Positions 37,293 through 51,619 of a stretch of DNA of 64,000 nt are shown here, piece after piece. The notes beneath the pieces are model-generated. The model was not told the DNA's origin. It worked only from the letters and a program-made list of their open reading frames with translations, and ran no database searches. The DNA is from Lama glama (Eukaryota). Location of the stretch: positions 55,616,001-55,680,000 of the forward strand of contig CM052817.1 in the NCBI GenBank assembly GCA_028534125.1, in the 5' to 3' direction. Made by a program: the position numbers and the translations under genes. Positions within the stretch are counted from its first letter, which is position 1. Every line of letters begins with the position of its first letter.

Positions 37293-38120
37293 AAGGAATA
37301 CTACTTAGCCATAAAAATAATAAAATAATGCCATTTGCAGCAATACGGTTGGATCTAGAGATTGTCATTCTAAGTGAAGTAATCCAGAAAGAGAAAGAAG
37401 AATACTATATGATATAACTTATTTGTGGAATCTAAAAAAAAAAAAGCTAAAGAGAAAAGAAGACATTAATGAACTTATCTATAAGACAGAAACAGACTCA
37501 CAGGCATAGTAAATAAACTTATGGTTACCAGGGGTACAGGGGGTAGAAAGTGATAAATTGGGAGTTTGAAATTTGCAAATATTAACTACTATAGATAAAA
37601 CAGATTTAAAAAAACCAAATTTCTTCTGCATAGCACAGGGAACTATATTCAACAGCTTGTAGTAACCTTGAATGAAAAAAAACATGAAAATGTATGTATA
37701 GTATGTAGTATGTACAGTATGACTGAAACATTATGTTGTACATCAGAAATTGACACATTATAACTGACTATACTTTGACTGAAAAAACAAAAAACAAAAT
37801 GAGATCGTACTGGGTTAAGGTATGCCCTAAATCTAATGACTGACGTCCATATAAGAAGGCCATGTGAAGGCACAGATACAGACACTCAGAGAAAATGCCA
37901 CTCAGAGATTGGAGCTATACAGCTGTTGGCCAGGAAGTACCAAATTGCTGGCAATTTTCAGAAGCTAAAGAGAATCATAAAAAATGTATCCTCAGAATCT
38001 CAAGAACCTTGCTGACATCTTGATTTCAAACATCTAGCCTCCAGAACTACGTGAGAATAAATTTCTGTAAGCCACCCAGCTTGTAGTAGTTTGTTATAGG
38101 AGCCCTAGGAAATTAAAATA
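36770..38120 (+). mobile_element. MLT1B/C-like LTR split by a younger L1
   Basis: 5' part 36770-36869 (acctgtgaatttgacattatttgg...ttgcagatgtaattgagctaa). 3' part 37798-38120 (atgagatcgtactgg...tagcctccagaac...agccctaggaaattaa). Confidence 0.8.
36870..37797 (+). mobile_element. Camelid-type L1 3' end (ORF2 C-terminus + 3' UTR), sense
   Basis: aaaactacaatgcgatatcacctcataccagccagaatggcc...tgactgaaacattatgttgtacatcagaaattgacac...A-rich tail; contains (TA)n at ~37237-37280. Confidence 0.92.
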
Positions 38121-38349
38121 GTACATTTTATCCCAGTAAAGCTGACTTTTGAAAAATAATATAAGGGCATAATTGTGAACAATATATGCAAACAGCATTG
38201 GTGAAGTTTCATGCCACTATGATTAATAAAACAAGCTTAGATAATGGTAATTATTAGCTGAAAGAAAAAAAATAGGTGACCCATGATCAACTGCCTTTAA
38301 CTGATTTTAAAATTGTTGTATACAAAATCAAACTTTTAACTTTAAATCC

Positions 38350-38670
38350 AAGGTTGTATATAGTTAGCGTAGCCTAACTGATGTAGTAAGTAGGCCCCAA
38401 ATGTGATAGATTTTTGCTCTTCTGATAATGATGGACTGGTGAAAAAGTTGACAGTGACCCAGCCTGAAGTAGACTCTGCCATATTTAACTGTTTGTTTCC
38501 TGTGTCTCCTGCAGGGAAGCACAGAGGAACACAGGTGGGAGAGTTTTATGAGCCAAGGCTGGAGTAGGTGCCAATCACTTTCGCACGTATTTCCTTGGCC
38601 AGTACACAGTCATATGGCTTTACCTAACTGCCAAGGAACCCAGTAAATTTATTTAGCTGTGTACTTGCTC
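38350..38670 (-). mobile_element. Old MaLR LTR fragment (MLT1K/L-like)
   Basis: ccaaggctggagtaggtgccaatcactttcgcacgtatttccttggccag...cctaactgccaaggaa. Confidence 0.55.
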
Positions 38671-38829
38671 CTGAGGAAATATTGCTTCAAACTGAGATGA
38701 GCAAAAATTGAATATTCTCAGGTAGAAAATCTCTGAAAATTCATTACTACCATACCACTTGAGACCAGGCCATAGCTGTAGTATAATAACTACACATAGC
38801 CACTCACTTCTCCACCCCAATCCAATATG

Positions 38830-39410
38830 GAGTTCTTAAAAGGTAAGCCTTTTCATGTCACTCCTCAACTCAGTACTCTTCAGCGGATAGCCAGTGTTGA
38901 TATAAGTGAAAATACTTAATAGATCCTAGGAATCCTAGCATGAAATCAGTTATTCTGTATTTCCAAACTTACTAGTTCCGGTTTATTTATGTTATTTTTC
39001 TCAAGCCAATTTAGACTCCTTACAATACCTAAAACATCATACTTCTGTATGTAAACCCCATCTGTTTTCTCTCATCTCCAAGTATTCCCATATCTGAAAT
39101 GCTCATCTTCTCTTTACCTTGTTAAACTTTCCTTATTCAGTTCTATTCTCAAAAATCATTTCCTAAGGAACCTTTTTCCCACTGACTCTTACACCCCAAG
39201 GCTAAGTTGTTTTTCATGGATTTAGGCTTACATAAACCTGCACATATTCTTTAGAGCACAGATAAATAAATAATTATGTAAATAATAATGATAATTCTTT
39301 TCGAATCTGACTTTCCCAGTAAAAAAATTTAAAAGCAGGGATTGTGACAGTTTTGTCCACCACTTCCCTTTTCAGTGATCATCACATAGCAGGTTGTTAA
39401 AACTTTAACT
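38830..39410 (+). mobile_element. L2 fragments
   Basis: catgtcactcctcaactc...ccttattcagttct...aaagcagggattgtg. Confidence 0.55.
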
Positions 39411-39719
39411 GATGGAGTGGCTTATTGTTTGATGGAAGAGTGTCTAATTCTGTATTTTCCAAAATGAATATTTTCTTGAATTAAGAAATACATAGTAAAG
39501 CAATCAAATAATTGTATTATTTTTTGAAAAATGCCGAATTCCTTGAGGTAGGATACCTTTGGTAATAGCACAACCAGAACACACCTAACCCCTGCATCAC
39601 TTTATAATCAAGTTTGTAATAAAACTGCAGAATGGAAATGATAGAACTTATTATTTGGTATAGAAGTGATATGTTTTAAAGATGCTATTAGTATTTTAAA
39701 TTTCTTTAAATATTAAAAA

Positions 39720-39997
39720 AATTTTATTTACTTGTTTTTCCTCCATATATATTAATATACTTTTTAAAGGTTATACTCCATTTATAGTTATTACAAAATG
39801 TTGACTATATTGTCCATGTTGTACAATGCAGCCAGGTAGCCTACCTTACATCCAAAGATTTGTACCTCCCACTCCCCCACCTCTATATTACACCCCACCA
39901 CTGGTAACCACTAGTTTGTTCTCTACATCTGTGAGTTGGCTCCATTTCTTTGTTGTATTGCAGGTTCTTGTTTCCGTATTCAATCAGCCACTCTATC

Positions 39998-40038
<41 letters not shown>

Positions 40039-41085
40039 TTAAGTATAGTCAGTTTACAATGTTGTGTCAATTTCTGGCACACAACATAATGCTTCAGCCA
40101 TCCATGAAAATACATATATTCATTTTCATATTCTTTTTCACCATAAGTAACGACAAGATAATGACTATAGTTCCCTTTGTTATACGGTAGAAACTTGTTG
40201 ATCTGTTTTATATGTATTAGTTGGTATCTGCAAATCTCAAACTCCCAATTTAACCCTTCCTACCCTCTTCTTACACTGGTAACCGTAAGTTTGTTTTCTG
40301 TCTGTGAGACTGCTTCTGTTTTGTAAATAAGTCTGTTTATCTTTTTTTTTTTGATTCCACATATGAGTGATATCATAAGGTATTTTTCTTTCTCTTTCTG
40401 GCTTATTTCACTTAGAATGATGATCTCCAGGTCCATCCAGATTGCTGCAAATGTCATTATTTTGGTTTGTTTTTATGGCTGAGTAGTATTCCATTGTATA
40501 AATATATTACAACTTCCTTATCCAGTCATCTGTCAATGGACATTTAGGTTGTTTCCATGTCTTGGCTATTGTATATAGTGCTTCTGTGAACATGGGGGTG
40601 CATGTACCGTTCCAAATTAGAGTTCTCTCCAGATATATGCTCAGGAGTACGATTGCTGGATCAAACGTTAAGTCTATTTTTAGTTTTTTGAGGAATCTCC
40701 ATACTGTTTTCTATAATGGCTGCACCAAACTATATTCCACCAGCAGTGTAGGAGAGTTCCCTTTTTCCCACATCCTCTCCAGCATTTATCATTTGTGGAC
40801 TTTTGATGTGGCAGCTACCAATGCAAAGCTCTCTTTTCCCTGATTGTTGGCAAGCTAGCACACAAGCACTCCTTGGGAGTAGAATCGAGGCTTCTCCAGC
40901 CCTTCTGTCTGTCCCAGTGGCTCTCCTGGCAGCCAAAGGGGTTTGTGTCCTCCATGTATGACATCAGGGCTAGGACACCCAGTCTGCAGCCTGACCCATT
41001 TACTCCCTAGGGAAAGGGTCTGCCCACATGGACCTTCTCTTCCTTTCAGAGCCCTCTCAGGGATGTAGGTCCCCTCCCTGTATGT
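39720..41085 (-). mobile_element. L1 cluster: older 3' tail (39720-39960), (TG)n, camelid-type L1 3' end (40037-40806) joined to an L1 5'-UTR-like segment (40807-41085)
   Basis: ORF 40260-40457 (FAAIWMDLEIIILSEISQKEK) is the L1 ORF2 end. The GC-richer 40807-41085 segment resembles the antisense artiodactyl L1 5' region. Confidence 0.8.
40000..40036. repeat. (TG)n microsatellite
   Basis: Uninterrupted TG run. Confidence 0.95.
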
Positions 41086-42518
41086 TCTTGGTTGTGTGTG
41101 TGTGTGTGTACACTCATACGGCATCAAATGCATAATCAAATAATTTACAAATAGTGTATTTTGTAGCCATTCAATAGTAGAAACAGTAAATGTAACAGTT
41201 CATAGAATCTTCGGCAGTATGATCTAATGATATTAGATCCCCTGAAAGTGAATCACATTATGTCCAAACTAAAGTCCATTCTGTCCAACTTGGATCTGAG
41301 CCATATCTACAGCCAATGTTTTTTCTGATAAGAATATTAAAAGTTAATTTAAAAACATTTTCATAAGCATGAATAGTAAATGAGCCAAACTAAATTATCA
41401 ACTTGAAAAGAAGATGACTGTCTTTACTATAATGAGTAGATGGAAATGGTTAGAATGGCATAATTCTCTAGAATACCCAATATTAGCTTTATAATGCACT
41501 ATCTTAGGGAAGATTTACTTACTTTATGCTTATTTCTTCTATTGAGTGACTGTGCACATTGAGTAACATTGTCACAAATTTATGTCTTAGATTTTAATTC
41601 CTTCCAACTCTGGAGATGCTTATATATTTTAAATGATTTTAATGGGGAAGCCTTCAAGTTACTTTAACAAAACTTTGCTAAGTACTTTTTATAAACAAGA
41701 AAACTCAACATTCTCTAGGGCTGTTTTGCCAACTTCCCCCACAATACACACATCATATAATATTACCTTTGTTACCTTTTCTCTCACACATCTCAGCTAC
41801 TTTATTCTTACCAGAAAGGATGAAGCCCTAAAGACTCAATGACCCTTGACTCATTTTCTTTTCCCTTAGGTCACATTCAAAGAAACATTAATTCTGTTTA
41901 GTTCCTATTCTGTTTCCCTCCCCTGTCACCAATTAGTATTTCAGTGATAAAACAACAACAATGATGACAACAACAACAAAGTAACACCCCTAATAACGAC
42001 TGATCTATTCTAGTGATACCTGGATGATGGCAAAGTCATGTGGACAAAACTCTGCATCATCAAAAACAAAATTAGGTAACAGCCCTGAATTGGTAAAACA
42101 AATACCTGACCACAGGAAAATAACTGTGCCAGTAAAGGGAGAGGAAAAGATTTACTGGAACCTAGAATGTGGTCTGAGGTTTACGGAGATGACCTGGAGG
42201 GTGGTTGCGAAGACTCTCCACATAGATGAGCAGTGAGAACTGAAGCTCAGAAAGGGCTATCTGCTCAGGGAGTTTAGGCTGAAATACCACACAGTGAAAT
42301 TCTCTTCTTATTCTTCTCTCCAGTAACGTGATGAGAAGCTGACCTTCACCAGGAAATGGCCTGCTCTCCTCTTCCTCCTCATTCTCTCTCTCCACTTGCT
42401 GTGGCTGCGGGCTATAGGTGAGTTGGGGAGGAGCTAAAACAAAACAGTAACCCTAACCTGTTTAATATTTTTGGTGAGAAAACAAAGAACACCTAGTCTA
42501 AAATTTATAAGCACTGTA

Positions 42519-42998
42519 CAAGCATCCGTTGTTTTATTGTGCTTCACAGATATTGTGTATTTGACAAAATGAAGGTTTGTGACAACCTTGTGTCGAGCAA
42601 GTGTATCAGTGCCATTTTTCTAACAGCATTTGCTCACTTTGAGTCTGTGTCACATTTTGGTAATTTTCACAGTACTTCAGACTTTTTCATTATTATATTT
42701 GCTATGATGATTTGTGATCAGTGACCTTTGATGTTATCCTGTGATTCACTGAGGGCTCAGATGATGATTAGCATTTTCTAGCAGTAAAGTATGCTGAAAT
42801 TTTTGGTTTTTTAGATAATCATTGTTTTTTAGACATAATACTATTACACTTAATAGACTACTATTTTCAAGTCACAAAATTATAGTGTAAACAGAACTTT
42901 TATATGCACTGGAAAACCAAACAAATTTATGTGGCTTCAATATTCACTTTACTGTGATGGTCTGGAACCGAAGCTGAACTGTCTCAGAGGTATACCGG
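42519..42998 (+). mobile_element. Tigger1-derived non-autonomous DNA transposon (internally deleted)
   Basis: gttttattgtgcttcacagatattg...gaaggtttgtgacaaccttgtgtcgagcaagt...gagggctcagatgatgattagca...ggtctggaaccgaa...gaggtatacc match the Tigger1 left and right ends. Confidence 0.88.
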
Positions 42999-44449
42999 TG
43001 TTCAGGAGTAACATAACAGGGCTTGCCACAAGAAGATGAAGCAAACTTATGAATATCCTTAATGTACCAGTAAAAATAAGGTGAAGGACTGAATATCTTA
43101 ATCTTACAAGCCTCAGACTCTCATTTTCTGTTCATACATGAAGTTCTTACATAAAGCTAGAAAAGTGATCAATTGCCCCAGAAAGGGAAGATTTTCAGTT
43201 GCACCCTTGCTTTACTAAAACAAAAAAATAGTGAAAGTTTGAAACTCATTCTCTTGTGTGGCTTCAGCTAAAAATCTGTACAAATGAAATAGTGACTGAG
43301 TTTTGAAAAGGTGGGCATCGTTCTCATAACTTTCTACACCTCCTGTAAGACCCCAAAGTTCTCTTCCTGTTTAGGAAATCCACGAATGCTAAATTGTCCT
43401 GAAGATCCCCCCCTTGGAGATATCTAACATGAGTAAAGAGAGAGATTTTAAATTTCTATGACCAGCCAGGCCAACCTCATGCATTTCATTTAAAAAAAGA
43501 AAATTGGGTTTTCCCTACAATTTAAACTACATTTTCCACTTCCCTGTTGACTTCTCTGATAAGATGAATTCTAGGAGTTGACGTACAGAAGCAAAGGGTC
43601 TGAAATAAGAGAGATAACATATATATTGCTTAGCAAAAGCAGCCTGCTCCTGAAAGAAAGAACCCGGAGTCTGTGAGACTCGCCGGTGTGCTCAGTGAAG
43701 CACAGCTGATGATGCGAGCAGACTTGTGGTTGAGCTGCTCATTTGCAGAAGTGGAAGAGATGGGTCAGCTCCTGACAACCAGAACCGCCAAACTTCTGAA
43801 CCAAATAAACAAGAGGTGTATATGCATTCACAGCAACGATGAAAACAAATAGGAAAAGAGAGAGAGACTAATCATTGGAAAATTATCTCTGAAGTCAGAA
43901 CACCATACTGTGCTAAATTATCTTTTCTGGTTGCTGCGTAATGAATTTTAAATCAATAGTTCTGTACGCTTATATATAAAATTTTCAGTCAATGTATTTT
44001 ACTTTTTAGCATTGTGGATAAAGCTATTGTAGCAGAAAATTGCAAATGATTCGGAAATGGAAAAGAACAGATGAGAAATTCTAAAAGACTGACAAAAATA
44101 GGAAGGGTTTTGGTAGGGAGGTATCAAAATAACTTTTGTGGAGAGAAACATTAATTTTGCAGCATGCGTAGCATTCACACTTGTGGTGTTTGAAATGATT
44201 TCTTTCTAAATCTTTGACTTTTATATTTACCATGATGCTGCCATGCACACCATTTTCTCTAGGCCAAATGCAAAGCCTGAAGAAGGGAGACTCTTTCCCT
44301 CAAGATTTTAATTTGTATCCGCCACAAAGTTCCCCACTGCAAGGAGAGGCTCTCTTCTGCTGCTGTCCCTGGCACCTCTGTGAGTTTTCAGCCTCCTCTT
44401 CCTTCCCGTTTGACTGTGCTGCTAAATACTTCTCAATCAAGAGTGAACA

Positions 44450-44657
44450 GTGGGAGTAAATGCTATATATAAACTAGGTATACAGCAAGTTTCTTCTGTA
44501 CGGCACAGGGAGCTATATTCAATATCTGGTAGTAACCTATAATGAAAAAGAATATGAAATGAATATATGTATGTATATATATATGACTGAAATATTATGC
44601 TGTACACCAGAAATTGACACATTGTGAACTGATTAGACTTCGATTAAAAAAAAAACA
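44450..44657 (+). mobile_element. Camelid-type L1 3' tail
   Basis: cacagggagctatattcaatatctggtagtaacctataatgaaaaag...tatgctgtacaccagaaattgacac + poly(A). Confidence 0.88.
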
Positions 44658-45965
44658 ACAGTGAGGGATTTTTAAGGAAGAGAGAGGTAAACTCTTTCCC
44701 ACCTATCAAGCAATTATTAAGTTTCATGCAGTTGGTTATTTGATCATTTCTTTACTAGCTGCATGTCATGTCCTATGTGTGTTCATGTGTGGGTAAGGCA
44801 TGTGCATGTGTGTGCACGTATGTTTGTGTGTCTATGATTATATCGATTAATCTCTCTATCAGGTATAAACAGAATCTGCCGAATAAGTTAGCTAAATAAT
44901 ATCCAGAGACCAAATTTCTGTCTCTTGTCAAAATGATTTCCATCAATCAAATCAAATTTTTTCTTCTCTCTGGCCAGTTGGCCTATTGGGACTGTTAAAC
45001 TTATTCTAAGGGCTCTGTTTGTCTATCTTAAAGATCTGATTAATTAGTAGTTCTCCCCCCTTAAAACAGCATTAGATTCCTTTGTCCGTAATCATTACAC
45101 TTCACAAACGCCTGTGTTTAATTTCCTTCAGTCTATTTATCTTAGAAACTGAAGATTCCAAATAGTCAGTATCACTGATTCTTTCATGGGTTAACCAGAA
45201 AAAAACATGTGTATGGGGCCATGCTCAAACTGATCCTTTTGTCTCTAGCCATGTCTTGTACACAAAAGAGCCAACTGGGAATAAAGCCTGTAGTTCACTT
45301 GCAAATAATATTGTTATATGGCCACAGCTTCAGACAGTCTTCTAAATGCCAGCTCTATGTTGGCAATCAAAACAGAGTGGGTGCCCATCCAAGTCTGGAT
45401 TCTCTTGAATATGTATAATCTCCTCATCACTGAAGAGTTTGCCAATGTTGAGGATTTGGATTCAAACATGGCATTTAAAACCCACAAAATGATTTTTTGT
45501 CAAAAATGAGAACCAAAATTGCCATTTAAAATAGAAGATTAGAGGATAAGACAAAGAGATTCCCAATGAAGAGCAGAAAATATGCATGGAACGAAGAGAC
45601 TTGAGAAAGAACAGTACAGTTAGAAAGCCTTTGATTGACATGTAACAGACTGAATACTTCAGAAGTGATCAACATTGTAGGAACCATGTGCTCTGTAGAA
45701 TATTATAAGCTGAAGGCAAGTAGGGTAAAATTTAAGAAAAGGTATTAAAAATTAATCAAACAATTACAAGGCTATGTACCAAGGGCTAATTTGTGCGGCA
45801 AGAGTGTTAAAAAAAATTGAGGAGATGAATGACGGCTGATGAGATAGAAAGTTTAAGGTGAATGTTGAAACCAGGATGAATGATACTTGCAGAATACAAT
45901 TTACTAAGTCAAGGAGAAATGGAGTGGAGTCCTAAGTAAGGGGAAACAGGAAGGACAGTGAGCTG

Positions 45966-46428
45966 TGTATTTGTTTCCTGCAGCTGCTATTACACATTAC
46001 CACCAGCTGGATGGCTGACAACAACAGAATTTTCTTTCTCAAAATTAGGATCACTGAGCCACAGATGTCAGCAGGACTGCCCTCCCCCTGGATGCTCTAA
46101 GGGACGATGCATTTCACACCTCTTGTAGCCTCTGCTGTTCCTGGTACCCTTGGTGATTGTGGCCAAATGACTGCACTCTCTGCCTCCCTGGTCCTGTGGA
46201 CTTGTGTTTGTGTTGAATTTCCCTCCGCCCTCCTCCTCAGTGGACACTTGATTTTGCAACTAGGGTCCACCTAGGTAACCCAGGATAACCCCTTCATCTC
46301 AAAAGCATTAATGCCTTAATTTCATCACATCTGCAAAGATCTTTTGTCCATACAAGGTGACATTTAGGCGTACCAAGGATTAGGAATCTAATCCGCAGGG
46401 TTTGAGGGCCATTATTCAGCCTTCCCCA
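45966..46428 (-). mobile_element. MLT1D-like MaLR LTR
   Basis: tgtatttgtttcctgcagctgct...gatgtcagcaggactg...cacatctgcaaag...ccattattcagccttcccca. Confidence 0.82.
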
Positions 46429-48289
46429 GCAATGACAGCTCTGAAAGAGAGCAGTGAGGTTGAGCTCAATGGACAACTGAAGGAAGTTTACAGAGGAAAG
46501 GAAAGCAGTAAAGTGGAATAAGAAACTGGGGTTGTTTTTTAAATGACTTTGAAACCCAGACTAATTTAAACTTGATAACATATGATCTTACGATATATTT
46601 TGTCCAGAAGATCCCTTTTACAAGAACACATCATTCTGTAAATTCCCCAAGATGTTTTTAACATTTTATTTCTGAGTACTTTATTATAAAAACACTTTTG
46701 AGTATTAAAGTTCTTGAAAAATACATAATATTATGGCGATGCTCATCATTTTTAAAGCTTTATACTCAGGTAATATAATAAAAGTGATATTCATATAATT
46801 CTTATATTCAAGTAATATGATAAGAATGCACTTAATAATCCATAGGAAATTTTCAAGTTTATATGTCAAGGACATGATCAACAGACTTAATTTTCAGTGT
46901 GTTAACATTTCTAATTTACCATCTCTCCAAAGCTGCTTAAAATACATTTAAAGATTTTTAAATGATTCTTTATTGTCTTCTCTCATTGCTAATATCATAA
47001 TTAATTGGAAAAGAGAAAAACACGTTTCAAACTGACCACATTACTTTAAATGTAAACTCCATTGACCTTTTAAATTGGAAATTAAAAAAGGTGAGTTTGA
47101 GAAAAGAAAACACTTTTTTTTCATTTCATAATATGCTATTGCTCCAGCATGACCATGTTTTCACCACAGGTGTGAAAGAAAAGACCTAAGCAGTAGCCTT
47201 TTATTGCCTCTTCATTTTATGAATGACAGAATCCCAGAGAGGGTTTGATACTTCCTATTGACTCTTAAAAGAGTGAACTGGGAATTGTACTCTTGATTTT
47301 TGTGAAAATGACATGCCTTCACTTATGAAACTGTGTCTTTAAATAATAGTTGTGTTTACATATAGTTAGATTCAAATACAATTACTGAGAACATCATGTA
47401 ATGTCTTCAGCTTAATAAGATTACAGCAGCAGTATATTACTTGTTCTTTGTACTAAATAATTCATGAGATCCTTTATTTAATAATCACCAAAACTTAGCA
47501 ATGTTTGCCACACCAATCCACAAGGGGGCTATATTTTTAAGTGCTTGATTTCCTTGTTGATATACACTGTATATTGAATTTTTATTTTATTTTCATGCAT
47601 GTTTCTATACAGTAATCAAAAATGAAAAGACATATAATTTACTGTAACATAATTTAGGCAATAAATGTTTCTTAAAGCAACAAAGAAAAGTTACTAAACG
47701 AGATGTTGGGAAATCAGAAATTGTAGGCCAATTGACTTTACCAGAAAAAAATTCCAGTTAATGTTATATTAATTCTAAGAGCAAAATTTCTCTGTATTAG
47801 CAATGGCAGAATATATCAGAAAAAACCCATAGTAATTACAAACAAACAAAGACAAACCTTTTGTATAAAATTTTGCTGCAATCAAAGAAAAGAAAATGTT
47901 TGATGGAGTAACTGTATTTTCAGTCACTCAAAGTTCAGGTGTCTAGCACAATATTTAATTCTATGTTTGACAATTGTGCTTAAACTGTTTCCCCTAAAAA
48001 CAAAAGCTATTAACTGCATGATATAGGTCAAAAGATACTTTCAGTAAAAATTGTTTAGAGTACAGGAAATCATAGCTTAATACAGTAAAACAAACAAAAA
48101 AAAGCCGTTTGAGTCGAAACAGCATTTGACTTCCAACTGAAACACATATACATTTTGTGATTTTAAGTAAGTTACCCTTTCAGAGGCTTGCTAGTCTTAT
48201 ATAAAATGTGAAGATAATGTGTTCAATTGTTTTGAACATTAAATATTATCTATTTAATAAAAGTTACTAATAATCATCTAAAACTTACG

Positions 48290-48495
48290 GAAAGACGCTG
48301 TGTAAAACTCTAAGTCTATCACATATTGTCACTTATTTAATCCCCATTATAAAATCAGTAAAATACTAGTATATGCCCTATTTTACAGACGAGGCAACTG
48401 AGACATAAAGGGGGTACGGAACTTGCCCATGTCACACTGTTATTACATTGAAGAGCCACGATTAAGACTTAAACAATTTTGCTCCAGAGTCCTCT
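48290..48495 (-). mobile_element. MIR SINE
   Basis: cctattttacagacgaggcaactgagacata...aacttgcccatgtcacac core. Confidence 0.85.
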
Positions 48496-49129
48496 TTTAA
48501 TAATCAGTAGCTTAATAGCACAACAATAACCTGTCTCTCATCCTACATGTGTATTTACTTTAGGACAATCAGCAAGCCTTTCTAAGTCTCAGTTTCCTCA
48601 TTATACAGTTGAAAATATGAATTTCATTGTTTCCCCCTAAATCACAAATTCTATGATGATGCCACTATATTATGCTTATATAATGGTGTGACAAAAAGTA
48701 ATTTTAATTTCTTTTAAATAATTTAAGCTATGACAATTCTCCTTACCCTATGTCAGAGTATGGAATATATATAGGCATTTTCTATGGTGAATACTTGTAA
48801 ACTGGGAGTAAAACACACAATAATTACAGTAGAGTTATCATATAAGTTTCACTTTCCTTAGGGTACATGGTAGCCCACTTAGTATTTGTCTGCACCTGGA
48901 AACTCACGTTTTGTTTTAAGATAATTAATTCCAGAAAATGATTCTAGATGGTGGCATCTTCACATCTGAATAATTCAACCTTTGGTTAGTTTGTGTCTGA
49001 AAGAATGCAGTTTGATAAATAAAATGAATTTCATGTGCTTGAACATCACTTCAAAATTCATTTAACATAGTTTGGTGATATATATATATATATATATAAT
49101 TTTTAGTGAAGTCTTCTTAGTCTAATTAA

Positions 49130-49435
49130 CATATAGAAACCAGTTGCATTTCTATACACTAACAAAATAGCAGGAAAAAATATTAAGAGAACAATTCTAC
49201 TTACTATCACACCAAAAATAATAAAATACCTAGGGATAAACCTATGCAAGGAGGCAAAGGACTTGTACTTTGAAAACTATAAGACACTGATAAAAGAAAT
49301 TGAAGATGACATAAACAGATGGAAGGATATACCATGTTCTTGGATTGGAAGAATCAGTATTGTTAAAATACCCTACTACCCAAGGCAATGTACAGATTCA
49401 GTGCAATCCCCATCAAATTACCAATGACGTTTTTC
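49130..49435 (+). mobile_element. L1 ORF2 internal fragment
   Basis: cagttgcatttctatacactaac...gaaaactataagacactgataaaagaaattgaagatgac...ttggattggaagaatcagtattgttaaaat. Confidence 0.9.
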
Positions 49436-50324
49436 TAATTATAATTAAATTTAACAAATGTTTATTGGAATTTCCTCTGTCAAGTACTATAGAAACTGTG
49501 CAGGAAAAACAAAACAAAACAAAACAAAACAAAACACAGTACCTACTCTCCAGATTCTCACAGGTACAATTGCACACCCACGTACACATGCTATATAAAG
49601 CAGAGTGAGATAAAATAACTATGTGCGTATGTGTGTTTGGAGGTGTTGATGAAGAAAAGAAAGAAAACTTGAGGTTTCAAATGGCTGCCAGGTTCAAATA
49701 ACTGAAGATGAAATTGAGATCAATGAGCCACATTACACAGGGTTTTCACTAACAGCAACCACAGGGGACTAGAATCATGCCCAGTAAACTGGAAAAATAG
49801 CATTACTTTTAGTAAGTTAAAAAACATTTTAAAAATTAATATTTTTAACGTTCTTTCGACCCTGCTAAAACTGAGACCCATGCTTAAAAGATTAAAGAAG
49901 GAGAAAGCGACAGCATCAAGAAACTCTTCCTTGATCAGAGACTTCTGATCAGACAAAATTTTTAAAAACAGCTTTGTGTCAAACCAAAGTCAGGCCTCTG
50001 ATATGATTACTTGTTCTAAATTCAGATCAGTGAGGGAAAATACATGACTTGTTGGTTTCAATTTACATGTGGCATTAATAAGCTATGATACAATATATTT
50101 ATGTAATTTTTTTTTAAGAACAGAACAGAATGTTGCTACACCTTAGAAACCTGAAAAGGCTTTCACCTTGGAAAGGTGATCTTGAACTACTAGGCAGACA
50201 GTAAAGGTTTCTTAATCTGGATTTTAAAGTTCTGAGCTTCCCAGACATAAAGCCTGCTTGTCTATGGTGGTGGTTGTTTTTATTGAAAGGATGGATGCAT
50301 TTATTAGAAACCTCACTAAGGTTT

Positions 50325-50800
50325 ATTTTTAGGATATGACACCCATAGTGCTATAACAAAGATCTAAAGTAAAAGTGGCTCAAATAAGAAGCAAGTTGAT
50401 TTTTTTCAATGACACGAGTGTAGTCTATCCAACAATGGTGAGTTAGCATCATGGGGTCATGGACACTGGCCCTTGTATTTTGTGGCTCTGCCATCTCTGT
50501 GACACAGCCCTCACTGACATGGTCCCAGGTTATTCATTGCCACACGTGTAATCTTATAAGAAAGATGGAGGAAGAAGGGAAAGGATGGTGTGGCTGGTCT
50601 CTTAGGAATAGGACCTGAAATTTCTTTTCATCAATACTTCTCATGTTGCATTGGTCAGCACTTATTGTGACCACAATTAGTTGCAAGGGAGGCTGAAAAA
50701 TGTGTTCTTCTAGTCAGCTATCATGCAGCAAGCTACAATTTTTATTTTCTACAGGACATTGAGGAGACAGATACTGAGTAAAAACTAGCAGTTCCTCCCG
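50325..50800 (-). mobile_element. MLT1J-like MaLR LTR
   Basis: gtgctataacaaa...agtggctcaaataagaa...cattggtcagcactta...tagttgcaagggaggctgaaaaatgtg. Confidence 0.7.
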
Positions 50801-51619
50801 ACAATTTCACATTGTGTTGAAGGTGGTTTTCCTTGATAGTTCAATGTCTCTGACACTCAGGAGCTGGCTTGTTTTACTTGATAATTAGATGACACTTTGA
50901 GGTTTTGTCAACAGCTCAGAACAAAGCCGTTGTGAAAATATTTGCTGTTCATTTCATCTGAGGGGGAATGGTATCCTTTGAGTTGCAGAGGAAGGGTGTG
51001 AGTTTTTGATCCTTTTCTATGACCTAACCAGGTACAGAGATTCTGAAACATGGTAACGTGTGCAGTAACTTCTAAATTCATGTTGGACTCTGATGAGATG
51101 TTTTCTCTCTGTTATTTTATAGAAATATAAAACATAAAGATGACTTACAATTATGGACAAATTTTAAGGAACTTTTCCAGTTTTTTCTGCTCTCCGTTTT
51201 TGGTGTTCATTGATTTTATTGTACCAATTGTTTAAATATAAGAGATAAAACTAACAGTTTTAATATAATTGGGGAACTGAAGGGAAGTGTAATACATGGA
51301 ATTGTCAAGAGGCTCTGACACCATGTTTTAGATTAAGGGACTCCCATAACCCAGATCCCACCCAAGAAATGATCTGCTTTGCACCTGTGCAGATATTTTA
51401 GTCCATGAAGATCTAATTAATCTCTCTCAGGTAGTCAATCCATTTTAAAATCTTAAACTAAAATCCTAATTCTGAAAATTAAAATAGTAATGACAAAATG
51501 AATGAAAAATATCCACCAGCTTTAGCATGCTGCACCTGGCGATTTAGTAGTATTTTGTCATCTGGCAATAACTTGGGTACAAACCTAAACTAATGCTGAG
51601 ATTGTGGTCTTGCTGCTCG

